A stretch of 64,000 nucleotides of DNA from Vicugna vicugna (GCA_013265495.1 MU059330.1:13711980-13775979), one strand, 5' to 3'. Positions 12,057-24,339 are shown, counted from the stretch's first letter. Notes: a model not told the origin generated them from the sequence alone. A program made the numbers and translations.

Positions 12057-14677
12057 TCAGAGACCCAGGCTCCACGTCAGAAGTGCCCACGTCTGTGTAA
12101 AAGGAAGATGAACCATGAAGGCGTTTGTCACTGTGATTTGTCTCCGTCCGACTCCACTGCGGGGCCTGCGTCAGCCCCGCGCCCCCCGCCGCACGCCCAG
12201 GCGTCGGACGGCGCACCAGCTGCAGATGGCCGCGGGGCTGAGCTCGTCCCTCCGTGGGGGGCGGGGGGGCAGCCTGACCCGTGGAGGGACCGGAACTGAC
12301 GGGGGAAGTCTTACAAGGCGCAGTCCCTCGGGTGGAAAGCTTGGCTAAACGTTAACACAGACAGATTTCACTTGAATTGTGTCTGCCTTCCTCCTCCGAG
12401 CTCCATGCTTGGTTCTCTTCCCCCGGATCACTTTTGTTTCCCGCCAAATTCCAGGGAAAAGCAGCAGTTGTTTCCAGGGGGACTCGGTGTTGATCCCCTC
12501 ATTCCTCCGCTGCAAGAGGGCACACCCACCTGCGTCTGGGATCCTAGGCTCAAGGAATTCGAGAGCAAGCAAGATGCTGGAGGCCCTCCCTCCTGGGGCT
12601 GCCCACAAGCACTCATGGAGCACCTGCTGTTGCATCAGGAGTGCTCTGCTGTGGGGGGCGCACAGTCAGAGGGCCGGGGACACTGCCCTCCTGGAGCATA
12701 CAGGCCACCAGAGTAGCCAGGACAGAGGTGGGGCAGGGGGCCGGGGTGTCGGGGGCTGCTCACTGGCTCGGCCTGGTGCACCTTCCTCCAGCCGCTTTCC
12801 AGCAGCCCGAGAGGAGGCTGTTACCCTGACTCCCAGGTGCGAAGTCCAGGAAATGGCACAGATGGGATGCAAGGGGGACAGTGGAGGAAGCCCTGCCCGC
12901 CCGTCTCCCCTCTCCATGGACGTGAGCTGCACGGCGGTCCCCGGTCTGTGCAACTCTGCTGGCCCTGTTTCGGGCACGGAGTCCCATCACTCCGTCCACA
13001 CTCACGTACTTGTGCGGCAGAGCCCCCAGCGGGCGCATGGCCCCGACACGCTGTAAATGGTCAGGTCAGCCACAAACGCGGCTGTCTTATCCCTCTGAAG
13101 GCACCCCCCTCAGTCAGCATCTCCGCACATCCTGCCCGTCCTGACAGTGGACTTGCCCAAACCCACCTGGGCTGCGGCTCCGGGATCCACCTGGCTCAGG
13201 TCCAGAGGGTCATCTGAGTCGGGTCAGCTGGAGGGGACCTCCAGGTGCCGGCCGAGTGCGTCCGCGGGAGTCACCGCAGGAGCAGGAGCCCCAGGGGTCA
13301 GGTGCGGGTGGCCGTGAGCTGGGGCTGGTAGGGGGGTTGCTGGCGGGAGCTCCCCAGTCAGAGCAGTCAGAGCAGCGCTGGTAGGGCAGGTGCCGGCGGG
13401 GGCTGAGCTCTGGGCTCGAGCACCTGTATTGCTTTATGTGATTAGGAAAGCAGAACGTGTTTTTAACAAATTTGGGACATATGAAATAATCAGTCTTCTT
13501 AAATGACTCATTAAGCCTCCTCACCATCACTCCCACCTTATCCACCATATTGTCTTGTTCCCTTTCCAACTCCCACAAAACAAAGGTATCTAAAGGTACA
13601 TAAGTGTAATAAAGATACGGAAGTATAAAACAGATAAACACATATATATGTTTTTTGTAAATTTATGTGTGTGTGTGCACACACATGCATATACACAAAT
13701 ACAGGGTTTTGTAAATTTTAAGTGTCCTGTTTATACCATCTTCTGTCTTGCTTTTCTCATGACATTGCAGGGATCAAAGGACTCCGTGTCTCTGAGCAGC
13801 CACGAAAATACTTTCTCAGTCCCTGGCAGTGTGCCGTCGTCTGGTCCACTGTATTTAAACACCGTCCTGCTCTCACAAACGTGGGTTGTTTCCGGTCTGT
13901 CCCCCATTGTAAGTTACCCTGTGATGAGAGTTACGTAAACAGCTCATGGCTTTCTGTTTCCCCGGGGCTTTTTCTTTTTCGAGAAGGGGAATTACCAGGT
14001 CAAAGCAATTAAACCAAGCTCTGTTGACAGAGCACCCAGAACGCTTCCCATTAAAGTTGGCCGGATCTGCACGTCCGCTCACCGCCCGCTCCCAAAGGGC
14101 CGCTCTCACCGCACAGCCGCCAGCGCTGGCTGCCAGCACAGCTTGGGGTGTGTGGCTGTGGTTTTGTTAACCTGCTGGTCTTCGCTGGTCACCGTGAGGC
14201 TGGACATTTTCCAGTCTGGGGGGTGTTCCTGATTCCTTTCACTGAGTTGACTGTTCCTATCCCTTCTGTTTGGTTTTCGTGTTTTTCTTACCAACTTTAT
14301 GGAAATAATTGGCAATTAATGTTCTAGTCCTCACGTAGCATTTTTAAATGGACTCAATTAAAGAGGGAAAGATTTGACTCTGTGCCTCCCCCAAGCATCA
14401 CACCTTGCATTTTCCAGAGACGTTTAAAGGTCAATGTGACTTCAAAGTCAGACTTCAGTCTGGATGGACTGTCACCAGAAGGCAACACAGTTTTAGGTTG
14501 TTCTACCAGCTTTGAAATGAGACTCAAGTTCTGACTTCTTAAAATGTCAACCTCATAAATTCACCCCCTCAGACAAAACCAGGTGCGGTCAGCACTCAGC
14601 AGACACTCTCACCGCCATGGTGACATTTGGCCTCGAGCTTCCGACAGTCCCACAAAGAACCACGCTCAGTTCCCATC
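12057..14677 (-). other. Three splice-bounded candidate exons (14677-14613, 12344-12315, 12092-12057 and onward) that could join into a 23-aa smORF
   Basis: Exon A: cccgctttttaag|GATG...GTCACCATGGCG|gtgaga. Exon B: gttaacgtttag|CCAAGC...CGCCTT|gtaaga. Exon C: ttcatcttccttttacacag|ACGTGG...TGA. The joining is inferred; there is no transcript evidence. Confidence 0.25.
13470..13870 (-). mobile_element. Old L1ME-like 3' relic containing TG/CA low-complexity sequence
   Basis: AT-rich block with gtgtcctgtttataccatcttctgtcttgcttttctc typical of old L1 3' ends; (TG)n near 13665-13678. Confidence 0.4.
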
Positions 14678-15174
14678 CTTAAAAAGCGGGAAACAGATGC
14701 GATGATGAACTTTCAAGCTCTTTATCCTTTGCCCTTCTTACATTCCGTGCAACCCCCACCCCAGCCATTTTGGAATAGAATACTTACAATTTTGGTGCAG
14801 GTGAAATCAAGAATCGTAGATGCTCAGGCCAGAGTTTTCATCCTCAAACGACCACCTCCACCCCCGCCGTGGGGTCAGAGGTTATGTGACCTCTGCTCCT
14901 GTCACTGGCGTTCTCCTGGACCCCTGGCCCTGATCAGGCTTGGGACAATGGGGTGGGTGGCAGAAGGAAGCCAGGAGTGGCTGCGAGGGTCATCTTCACG
15001 AAAGTCCATCATTTCCGGCCACAGGACTGAGTGGCTTGAGGCCTAAGCCCTCGGATGTGCGGCCAGTGAAAGCCGACCCTTTCCTTTCGTGTCTAGGAGG
15101 TCCTTCCTGCCTTCGGAGAGGACATCCAGCTGGCCGAGGTGCCAGGGCAGGTGCAAACACACCCAGGCTGGCAC

Positions 15175-15290
15175 TCCCTCAGCTCCAGGCCAGCTGGTTA
15201 ATCACTGAGGGATTCAGTTTCCTTCTCTGTAAAATGGGGGCCAGAGCACAACCATTTTCCCAAGGAGGAAGGATTGGATCATACCTGTGA
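15175..15290. mobile_element. MIR SINE fragment
   Basis: tcagtttccttctctgtaaaatgggg matches the MIR core (ctcagtttcctcatctgtaaaatgggg). Confidence 0.5.
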
Positions 15291-15927
15291 GCACGTGGCT
15301 GGAGCCAGAACAGACCCTCTGTGAAGGCTGCCTCCTCTCTCTGCCTGTCCCTGCCGGACACAGCAAGGCTCACGGCCCATGAGCAGATGGAGAAGGCCAG
15401 GGCTCCATCGTGGGGCCGGTCCACGATGTTTCCAACAATAAGAGCCAGAAAGAGAACCGGGCTGGAACCCAGGTCCTGCTCTGTCAGGACCCCGCAGGAC
15501 GAGGCACCATGACCTCTGGGGCATGGGCGCAGGGGACGTGGGGACGTGACTCTGGGGCATCTGGGAAGGCTGACAGGCACAGACCGAGGAAGGGACACGG
15601 TGTCTGGTGAGGTGGCCTCCAAATACGAGGCCTTGTCCACACTGAGGAAAGCGGGGCGGAACTCGCAGCAGAGGCTGTGTAAGTGGCGCCTGGGCCACCG
15701 CGCGGCTGCCTGGCGTGGGGGGAGCAGACTGCCACTCGCGCCGCAGAGTCTACTGGCGGCCCCGCGGGAGGCTGTAACCCCTTCACACCTTATTGCCGGG
15801 AAGTGCCTTTCTGATTTGACACATTAAAAGCAGGTTCACGCAAGGCTCCTCTCCAGTGAGTTGGAACCTGGGACTGACAGGCCTGCCTTCCCTCCCACCG
15901 CCCGAGCTGGCTCAGACAGGAGCCTTC

Positions 15928-15960
15928 GGGGGGGGAGGGGAGGGGAGGGGCGGGGGGCGG
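15928..15960 (+). repeat. G-run tract with G-quadruplex potential
   Basis: At least five consecutive G-runs with 1-nt loops (ggggagggg...cggggggcgg). Confidence 0.7.
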
Positions 15961-16371
15961 CTTTGCTGAAATGTTAGGTTCTCAAGGCTCCCTACACTTC
16001 GGGGAGAGACTGCGGAGCTTTTAACCGAGGCCGCAAACCTGACAGCAAGGATAACGAGAAGCTTCTGATTCCGCAGCCTCGGTCAGCGGTGGGCGCCCAG
16101 CCCCAGCCCAGCCCCAGCACGTGCCCAGCTCGCTCTTTTCTTCCACCCAACCCCCGGCTAGCCAGCCAAGCCCTTGGCCTGCCAAATCCCACTCCCACAC
16201 CTGTCCGGCCCACTCCAGCCCCCAGCTGGTCTGACCCATCCTTGCCCAGCCAGCCCCGCCCAACCCTGCATCTGCTCCGCCCGCACCCGCCCAGACAGCA
16301 CCTGTCCCGCCCACACCTGCCCTGCACACGCGCAGCGCCGCGCCCTATCTGGCCGGCGAGACCGCGGGCGG

Positions 16372-16385
16372 CCAGCAGAGGGCGC
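16372..16385 (+). promoter_or_regulatory. CTCF core motif
   Basis: CCAGCAGAGGGCGC is a full match to CCASYAGRKGGCRS. Confidence 0.65.
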
Positions 16386-16516
16386 GCCGCCGGAGACCCG
16401 CCTGGGCTCTGCCCCGGCCCGCGGGGACACCCGCCCGGACCCCCAGCCCGGGGCCCCGGAGCCCGGGGCCGCGCCGCGCCAGGGGAGCGCGCCCGCAGCC
16501 CTTCCGCGGGCCCGGG

Positions 16517-16544
16517 NNNNNNNNNNNNNNNNNNNNNNNNNNNN
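16517..16544. other. Assembly gap (28 N) flanked by an identical 16-mer
   Basis: cttccgcgggcccggg at 16501-16516 and 16545-16560. Confidence 0.95.
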
Positions 16545-16619
16545 CTTCCGCGGGCCCGGGCGGCGCGGGGACGGGCGGGGGCGGGAGCCGCGGCCGCGCG
16601 GCGCCAGCCAAGGGCGTTT

Positions 16620-16633
16620 GTGCCACCTGTTGG
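16620..16633 (-). promoter_or_regulatory. CTCF core motif
   Basis: Reverse complement CCAACAGGTGGCAC, one mismatch to consensus. Confidence 0.55.
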
Positions 16634-16735
16634 CCCCGCGCCCGCACTGCAGCGGGGAGCGCCGCTCGGCGGCACGGACGGGGGGCTCCCGCCCGCCCGC
16701 AGGGCCCCGCCCGGGAAGGGACCGGCCGGGTGACA

Positions 16736-16749
16736 GCGCCCCCCGCCGG
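16736..16749 (-). promoter_or_regulatory. CTCF-like motif
   Basis: Reverse complement CCGGCGGGGGGCGC followed by TG, two mismatches to consensus. Confidence 0.4.
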
Positions 16750-17135
16750 AGCCGCGGGAAAGGGCTGGTCAAAGGGAGCCTGAGCAAATCCGTGTCTCCA
16801 CCTGGCAGTACTCTTGTTGAGATCTAGTATTTCGGAGCACCGGCACACCGATTACCCGTTCCTCCTCACGCCTGAATTTCGGCTAGCGTGCGCTGTTTTC
16901 ATGGCACAGAAATGACACTATAAATAACATAGATGTCTGTCTTCTGTGTACATTTATTTTTACCTTCCTTTTAAAGAACGCACCTTTTAAAACCTGTGAG
17001 CTACAAGATGTACGTGTAAGCCCCACGAGACAGACAGATCGAAAGACCTACATATAATTTTTCTAACTAATTTGTAACTAACTTGGCCAGGTGCAACCTT
17101 TCCTACATACACTTGGCTTGTCTCAGACAAGATAC

Positions 17136-17196
17136 CTGCTTGAAGGTACACAGAATTTGGTCTTAAGTGTATGTTGCAACCTGGCCTCCTAAACAC
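17136..17196 (-). other. Candidate 61-nt internal exon
   Basis: tctccctgtcgtctttctag|GTGTTT...AAGCAG|gtatct; one open frame (VFRRPGCNIHLRPNSVYLQA), not recognised. Confidence 0.25.
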
Positions 17197-18547
17197 CTAG
17201 AAAGACGACAGGGAGACATGGCTATGTTCATAAATTAGGGCAAACGCTCTGATCAGAGAAAGGAAAGTGGGGTCACACAGTAACATCGAACAAGGTGGGC
17301 GTTTTCTGCCTCCAAGTCGTTATCCGTGTGATACATGATCTGTGTGATCTGGGGTTTTCTAGCATTCATTTCTTTACACACACACACACACATATCAAAT
17401 ACATATGCACATCAAAAGGCAAGTACACAAATACATGAAAAAGGCTCCAATTACAGCAGTTGGTATCCTAGTAAAAGAAACAGAAAATATGTGTTTTCAA
17501 TGTACAAATACAAAACACCAAAGTGCGCTTTCCACTTGAAGGAAAAGCATCATCTCATGGTTTGTCCTCCTCACTTTCCCGTCCCCCTCCGTGCACCTCG
17601 TGTCTTTCCTTTGCGGGCAGGAAACAAAGCAGGGTTTGTGTCACAAAGGGTCGCATCTCTCACCACAGTCAGTGAGAGTTCTCTAGGACTCTATGTTTAC
17701 TGGTATGTGTTTTGTTTATACAGCTTTATACATGAGCTAAATAAATTTAGCTCTTTTCTTTTCTGTGTTATGAAAACACAATTTATTTATAACTCACAAA
17801 AATCTAGCTGAGAGACCTTGACTGTATAAACGTGAAGAGTGCAGAAAAGCAGGAGAAACTCTGCTGTTTTAAACCTTATATATGGGTGTGTATATATACA
17901 TATGGCTGTTAAGAACAGAATATATACATATTCTATATCACATGTGTATTTATATTGTAATATGTATATAAAATCAAAGTATGAGAAGGATAGGCTGCAA
18001 TGAGATAGAGGAGGAGAGAAAGGGGAACATTCCTTTTTTTAATTAGCAGGACGTTCACATGAAATCCGAGTTCGGGGACTTACTGTAATCCTAACAGTGA
18101 TACCGGGTTCTAAGTGTCAGCAGTAATTAATGTCGCAGCACCTTCTGCCGCGTTTTCTCCGCAAACCAAGGGGATGAGGCATTTTCCATCCATCTGAACA
18201 AAGCAACTGATCAGAATCTGGGGAGGAAAGACTTGACAGGAGTCTCCTATGAAACGGCTCAGCAGTAGCTGAAAGGCAGCTTCCTAGAACAGTGTGCGGA
18301 AACAGAAGAAAATTTCAACATACAGCCTGGGATTTTTGATATTTAAGATAAAGAGAAATTCTAAAGACACCTAGAGATTTTAGCAAAAGTAAGTTTACAA
18401 AGGTAACGTTCACATCCCAAGCGAAAAAGTCATTGTGATAAGAGAATTACAATGAAGTATTTTAGGAGATTATTGAGATGAAATGTGAGAGTCGAACGTG
18501 AGCTTTCTTAAGACACTGGGACCCTCAGTGCCGCCCTCCACCCATCG

Positions 18548-18612
18548 TACAGATACACGGACGCAGACACGGACATAGACGAGGCAGAGGCGGAGGCAGA
18601 GACAGAGGAGCG
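18548..18612. repeat. Degenerate hexamer repeat
   Basis: tacagatacacggacgcagacacggacatagacgaggcagaggcggaggcagagacagaggag shows 6-bp periodicity. Confidence 0.6.
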
Positions 18613-19429
18613 GGTCCATTTCGGGCTCTGCTGGCATCTGTGAATAGGTGTCCGTCTGGACAGGTGAGGAGCAGGATGAACATACAGAGAAGACTGTCCG
18701 TCACCCCACTGCTTAGGGTTCTTTGTCACGCTGTGGATAGCAACACTCAGACTCCGGGAAAGCCAGGTGAAGATTTTAACTTACCCAGAGGCAAGCAGGG
18801 ACGCTCCCTTCCCCAAACACATGCGAAGAAAGAGCACCGTTATTTAGAGAACGCTCTCCTGCTTAAACAGTGCACGGAGCTGTGCGATCGCACAGTCGCC
18901 TTTCCAGTTACTTACTTGGGCAGGCTGGCTGGAAGTCTCTGGAGCAGGACCAGGCACTAGAAGAATAAAGGTGAGCAAGACGTGGATGCAGGAGGGAGGT
19001 GACACAGACCAGGATCGCAGAGATGAGCCAGAGACAGCGGAGCAGGAGGAGGGCGGCAAGAGGGCGTCACAAGGAACACTCCTAGGACTCTTCCCTGAGT
19101 ATTTCCAAGCACATCCATCCGTTCTTCAGAAGTGCCTCCCGAGCGCTTGACGTCTGCCAGGCGCTCTGCGAGAAGCTGAGGCACAGAAGCTAAGGGCAAA
19201 GTAAGGTTGTGTCCTTTAAGGCGTCAGAGTCCGGGGGGGGAAACGCGCCGGCACGCAATCGCAGGTAAAGGCAAAGGCAGACCCGCGCCCGCGGGCGGCT
19301 CTGGGGAGGCGTGCAGGATGCCGGCTCCGTCACGGCAGAGCTACCCTGCCCAGGGAGGTCAGAGAAGGCCCCTGAGGAAAGGCAAGCTGAGCTTGGCGGA
19401 TGCCTTAGAGATGGGCCACGTTCTTTCCA

Positions 19430-21480
19430 GAGCTTGGGGTTGACCACGGGTCTATTAACTGAAAGCGCGTGCAGACGGAAGAGAGCGTGACTCCGGGGCC
19501 GACTGAGGACAGACCGCAGCCTCGGCCTTGGTCTCCAGGCTCGCTCACTCCCAGACGCTTCTGCTCGGCGCTCCTTCTGGGAGCTCGGCCACCTCGCTGC
19601 GAGCAGCCCAGGCCACCAGGAGCCACCATCCCTGCACACGCTGCAGTCTGCCTACGAGCCCAGCTGGAAGTATCTTCCAGCCCGAGTGAGGCCGCTGGGA
19701 TGTCCGGCCCAGCTGAGCTCTCACGTGTCTGATCGCAGCCACGTGCGCGGCCCAACTCGGGAAGCACGGAGCCAAGCCCGTCCAGAATTTCTGACCCGCA
19801 GACTCTGGGGCCAGAGTAAGAGTCGGTGCTTTTACACCCGTAGATGTTGGAGAGATCGTTCCTTAGCAATAGAGACCTGGTACCAGGAGGCGGGAGGCGC
19901 CAGAACTAAACCCAAACCATGTGACCCGGGTTCTGCGGCCAGACGCCAGGCGGAAGTTTGAGCGGCCCGCGCGAGGCTGTTGGAAGGGCCTTAATGGAAG
20001 CGACGAGAATGCTGCTGCAAGCCCGAGGGAAGGAGAGCTGTCAGATGGCGGCAGAAACTTGGCAGCACCGTGGCCTGTGGTAACACAGGTCGTGGAAAAC
20101 GTACCCACAGGCCTGACGGTCTCACTGAGGAAACTTCTGGGCCAGACTTGAAGAGCCACCTGCCTTCATTCTGCTGCCCGTGAAACAACGTGGGGGGGGG
20201 CAGGGACTGACGACCATCTGCCTAGTCTTCGGCTGGACTGGCCGCGCCTCCTGGAGGGCCCGGCGTGGTCTTCACGGCCGGCAGAGGTTCTCCCCCGGGC
20301 GGGGGCCTCCAGGCAGAGACCACGCCAAGAGCCCTGCCGGTCAAACCCGGCCTCACAGAAGTCAAGGCGGGCTGTAAACGCCTCAATACGGTATCAGGAA
20401 GACTCAAGGAGGTTAAACCTGGAGGCCTCTGCCAAGCAGAAAAGCTCGGGGGCTTGTCTCACAGGCCCTTTAAGCCCGACGCCAGTGTTTCCAAGACCCT
20501 TGGAGCACCGTCTCTGCAGCCTCCGGGGATCCAACGTTGAATAAATTAAGTAGGTCTGTGACTGTGTCTTCGGCCTCATGGAAGGGATTATGAGCTGAAA
20601 CATAAAACCCCACGGAGGTTTTGAGGGAGTGAATATCCTTGACTGACAATGGCAGAGAGTCACAGCGCAGAGAGGACTTCGGGGTCCCCCAGAGTGAAGA
20701 GGCCCGGAACGCTGCCAGGCACAAGGCCGGCCCACGTCCTGGGGGGGGGGCAGAAGCGGGAGCCCCGGGGGCAGGCCCGGCCCGCTGCGGAGGGGCTGCG
20801 CCCGCGGGGCCTGGGCGCACTCTGCGCCGGAGGCTGCCTGCCGCTCTCCCCTTGCCGAACAAGGCTGTCCGGCGCGGCCGCCCTCCCCTCACTCACGGCC
20901 CTTACCGGTGGGTTGGGCAGGCGGGCGGGGGGGGCCTGCTTAGGTCAGGAGCCTTCGGACCAGGAGGAAGTGCACCGGAAACATGGGTTTTGAGCTGGGG
21001 GCCTTGGGGGACAGGGAGAAGCCAGCCACCCCACGACGAGCCGTGGAGAGGGAGAGCCGGGAAGCCACACGCCAGCACGCTCAGGCGCGACCAGCCAGGG
21101 GGATTCACTCCTGGGGGGATGGAAATGACCAAACCACCCAAAGAGGACTCTGAAGTTAACGTGTCTAATATGCAGAGCAGAAGGTGTAATGGGAAGACCA
21201 GGGAGTTAAAAGGGCCACCAGCCAAGGACACTGAGACGTTAAGGACGAAGTTTACCTGCGGAGAAGGAAACGCATGGGTCCCTGGAGAAGGAAGCATGGA
21301 GAGGAGGGGGGGATGCAGTGCAAGCATGTCTGTGAGGGGCTTTCTCTGAGAGGGAGGGAAATGGGAAGGGAAAGCAGGCGAGCGCGCCTGGTGGCCCCAG
21401 GGGCCCCCGCCAGCCCCGCAGGGCGAGGACCTGACCCCACAGGGCGTCAGGCCGCCTGAGGGGAGCAGTCCCACCGCAGG
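19430..21480 (+). mobile_element. MaLR (MLT1) LTR followed by MLT1 internal sequence
   Basis: LTR-end-like aagcccgtccagaatttctgacccgcag...ttagcaatagagacc, then tggtaccaggagg and ctcatggaagggattatgagctgaaacataaaaccccacggaggttttgagggag resembling MLT1-int; right boundary uncertain. Confidence 0.5.
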
Positions 21481-21872
21481 GAGGGTCCCGGGGAGGGGGG
21501 CACAGCGTGGGGACAGGACAGGAACAGGGCAGAGGTGGCACTACTGTTTGTGTCGGGGGTGACATTTCCGGTGGCCCCTGTGACCCCTGACAGCTGGGTA
21601 GGCGGGCGGTGCAGGACTGCCCTGGAAGGCCCTTCAAAAGTGCAGACCTGCAGGAAGGGGCAGCTGGGTTCACCAGTGTCCACCCTCCACAGTTCGTCGG
21701 ATGCCACAGGGAAAAGCGGCACGCCTGGGAGTGTGATGTGTGACCAGGAGGGTGGCTCTCCCCTTGGACGAACGTGGACGCTGAGTCGGAGAAGGAAGAA
21801 GCAAAGAGGGAAGAGGGTTGGGGGTGGGCGGGTCCACCAAGACCACAGGGTCATCTTTGCGTCGCTAAATGG

Positions 21873-22387
21873 TGTGAATGAGAAATACAGCAGCCATGTC
21901 GGGAAACAAAGACCGCCGTGTCCCTCGAGTCAGCAGCCGCTGCCACTGCCCCCCATCCCCCCGACTGTGAGCAGGGGGAGCTCGGGATGCGGACAAGCAG
22001 GCAGCCCGGCCTTTGCAGCCGCCCCGGGCGGTGCCCCGAGGGGACTCGGGCTGGGGAGGCACAGGACCCTGGCCCCAGGAGGCTCAGGTGCACGTCGCAG
22101 GGGTGGCTTCAGGGAGCCCAGACGCCTGCATCTTCTCATATAAGGAAAAGCGCTGAATTCCTTACCTTGAAGTATCTGCTGCTCCTTAATCCACAGTCAC
22201 CTTCTGACGTTCCAGCTACCTGGTCTGTGCTGCAAAAACCCCTGCACGTCCTGGTTTCTCCCTCGCTTCTCCAGAACAGTCCCCTAGAGCACCTAAGCGG
22301 CCGCCTCCCGGGCGCAGGTTCCCACTAAGTCCACCAAATAAAGCGTAACTCTCAACTTTCAGATTGTGTGTTGTGTTTCAGTCGACA
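21873..22387 (+). mobile_element. Solo ERV1-class LTR (515 bp) with 4-bp TSD ATGG
   Basis: TG...CA termini (tgtgaatg...cagtcgaca); ATGG at 21869-21872 and 22388-22391; AATAAA at 22337-22342; TATA-like catataag near 22140. Confidence 0.8.
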
Positions 22388-24339
22388 ATGGAAACCAAGG
22401 AGCGACGTGCAGATGTGTCACTTGGGGAGGGGAGGGCCTGAGCGGGTCCAGGACACAGGAGAGGGTGCACATGGGGAGTAGGACAAGGTTGCTGGACAGG
22501 GAGGCGAAGGAATTACAGGGTGCCAGTCCAAAATGGCTCGGCTGGCAGGGGACCCCAGGACGGAGGGCAGCAAGCTGGAGGGTCACCCTGAGCTGGATGC
22601 AAATGACGTCACCTGAGGGAAAGGGGCCTCCGAGGGACGTTTGGCCTTGTGACCTAGAGGTCTGGAGGGTGCGATGGAGCAGGTGGTCCTGCAGTGGGGG
22701 GGAGGGGGACCACGCTCCCGGTGGAGGACTCACGTCCAGTCCTGCCCTGACCAGTGGTGGCGCCTCAGCCTCCTTACCTGCAGAGCTGGGGCTTCTGTGA
22801 AGGGAAAGGCCATGCTTGCCTCATGTGTCTGGTCCACGACAGTTCACAGAAACGTCTACCGTTGTGATTCACAATCTCAAAAGAGCAGCAGGCCCTGTTC
22901 TGTGCCAGGCACCGCGCCAGAACCTGGGACCAAGAGGTCAGTTTGTGAGCGAACGGCGGTGGGGGGTCCAGTGAAGGGATGACTCCCATGCAGAGGGTTG
23001 TGGGGCTCATGACACACAAGACGGAAGAAAGGCGTCCCAGGAAACGACGTGTCTGTGAGCAGACGGCACGTGTGACCAACCACTGCGGGAGAGACGCCCG
23101 TTAAACACAGTGACAGAGTCACCCCCACTGGCCGGGGCACAGGCCCGGCGTGAGCGGGAGCAAGGAGACGTCACATCTCCCTTCTGCTCTGCGAGGGCAT
23201 GAATTCCTCCTGCCATTTCTGAGGGGCTGAAACTCTCCCGCAGCCTCTGTAAGAAGTGCAGCTTCATTTTCTCTTGTCTCCTCCGAGGTAAGAAACGTGC
23301 CAGAAACGTCTGCTGAGATTCAGACGGTAAGGACTTCTTGGAAACAAGCTGTGTCTTGGAAATAAGACAAAAATTTCCTGTTTCTTCCCTTTTTTTTAAC
23401 ATTTCAATCTCTGATTCTAGAATCCTTAAGGAATCAGTTTATGTCATTACACACTTTCTAAATAACATTCTTAGAAACTCGTCATGACAGATAAAAATCC
23501 AAGATGTGTGCTCACGGGACAGCATAATACTTTTTTTTGCGCGACAGTTAGAACCCTGTTAGACCTTCACTGGTTCACTTAGTATCAGTGCCTGGTGGTG
23601 TGTTAGGACAAATCACTTTGCCGTGACCTCGATGGACACCAAAGACAAAGCACAGCCCAGAGCACATCCATGAAGAGTCATTTCTAGAAATCAGAGGCAT
23701 CGTCATTTTGCTTTTGGTTGTGAAGAGCATCGAACCGCAAAGACAGGGGAGGTAGGTGTGACCCTCACAGTGCGGGCAGGGCGTGGGGAAGCAGCTCAAA
23801 GTGCAACTTCAAATCATCATGTTCGCCCCCAGCCATGATCTCGTCTGGAAAGTTCTGTAAAATAAGTCAGCAGACAAGGCCAGTGCCTATGAGTGCGGGT
23901 CGAGGGGGAGGTGGAAGACTGGACGTGGAAGCGCAGGACTTGAGCTTAAGAACGCGGTGCCCAGCCTCTTCGAGGACGGGGAGTGAGCCTCGCCGGGTGG
24001 GCTGGCTCCCGAGGGCTGGCCAGCAGCCACCCGCAGGACGGGGCTTCCATCCTGCCGCTGGGGCTTCAGGTCACTGCGGGGCCCACTGCACTGTCACCTC
24101 CCTCCGGGGCTGTGAGATGAGACCAGGGCATCCCAGTCACCACAGGCCTGGCCACCAGGTCGCAGATGCAGAGGCCAGCAGGGTGGCCGTTCAGCCACAC
24201 AAGACGTGCTGGAGATGGGCCTGAGCACAGACCTTCCACCAGACACCTTATTTACCGTGGCGGTGACTTCTTAAAGACGTATTTATGAGGTTTCCACCAA
24301 AAGTTCCCTTGAGCTTTTCACTCCTTGGTAAGATTTTAC

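Larger units (their letters stand above)
16280..16860. promoter_or_regulatory. CpG island (promoter- or insulator-like)
   Basis: Very high GC, dense CpG, multiple GC boxes (ccgccc), abrupt transition to AT-rich sequence after ~16900. Confidence 0.8.

Noticed and set aside
12868-12887. CKGDSGG in ORF 12379-13056; tgcaagggggacagtggagg recalls the trypsin-family active-site motif, as in factor VII
   Set aside because: There is no following P or SWG, and no His/Asp catalytic motifs or typical Cys pattern in any nearby frame. It is most likely chance; a tBLASTn of a protease domain would settle it
15992-16848. 200+ aa ORFs on both strands across the CpG island
   Set aside because: Low-complexity Arg/Pro/Gly/Ala frames expected from very high GC; they cross an N gap and show no known domain
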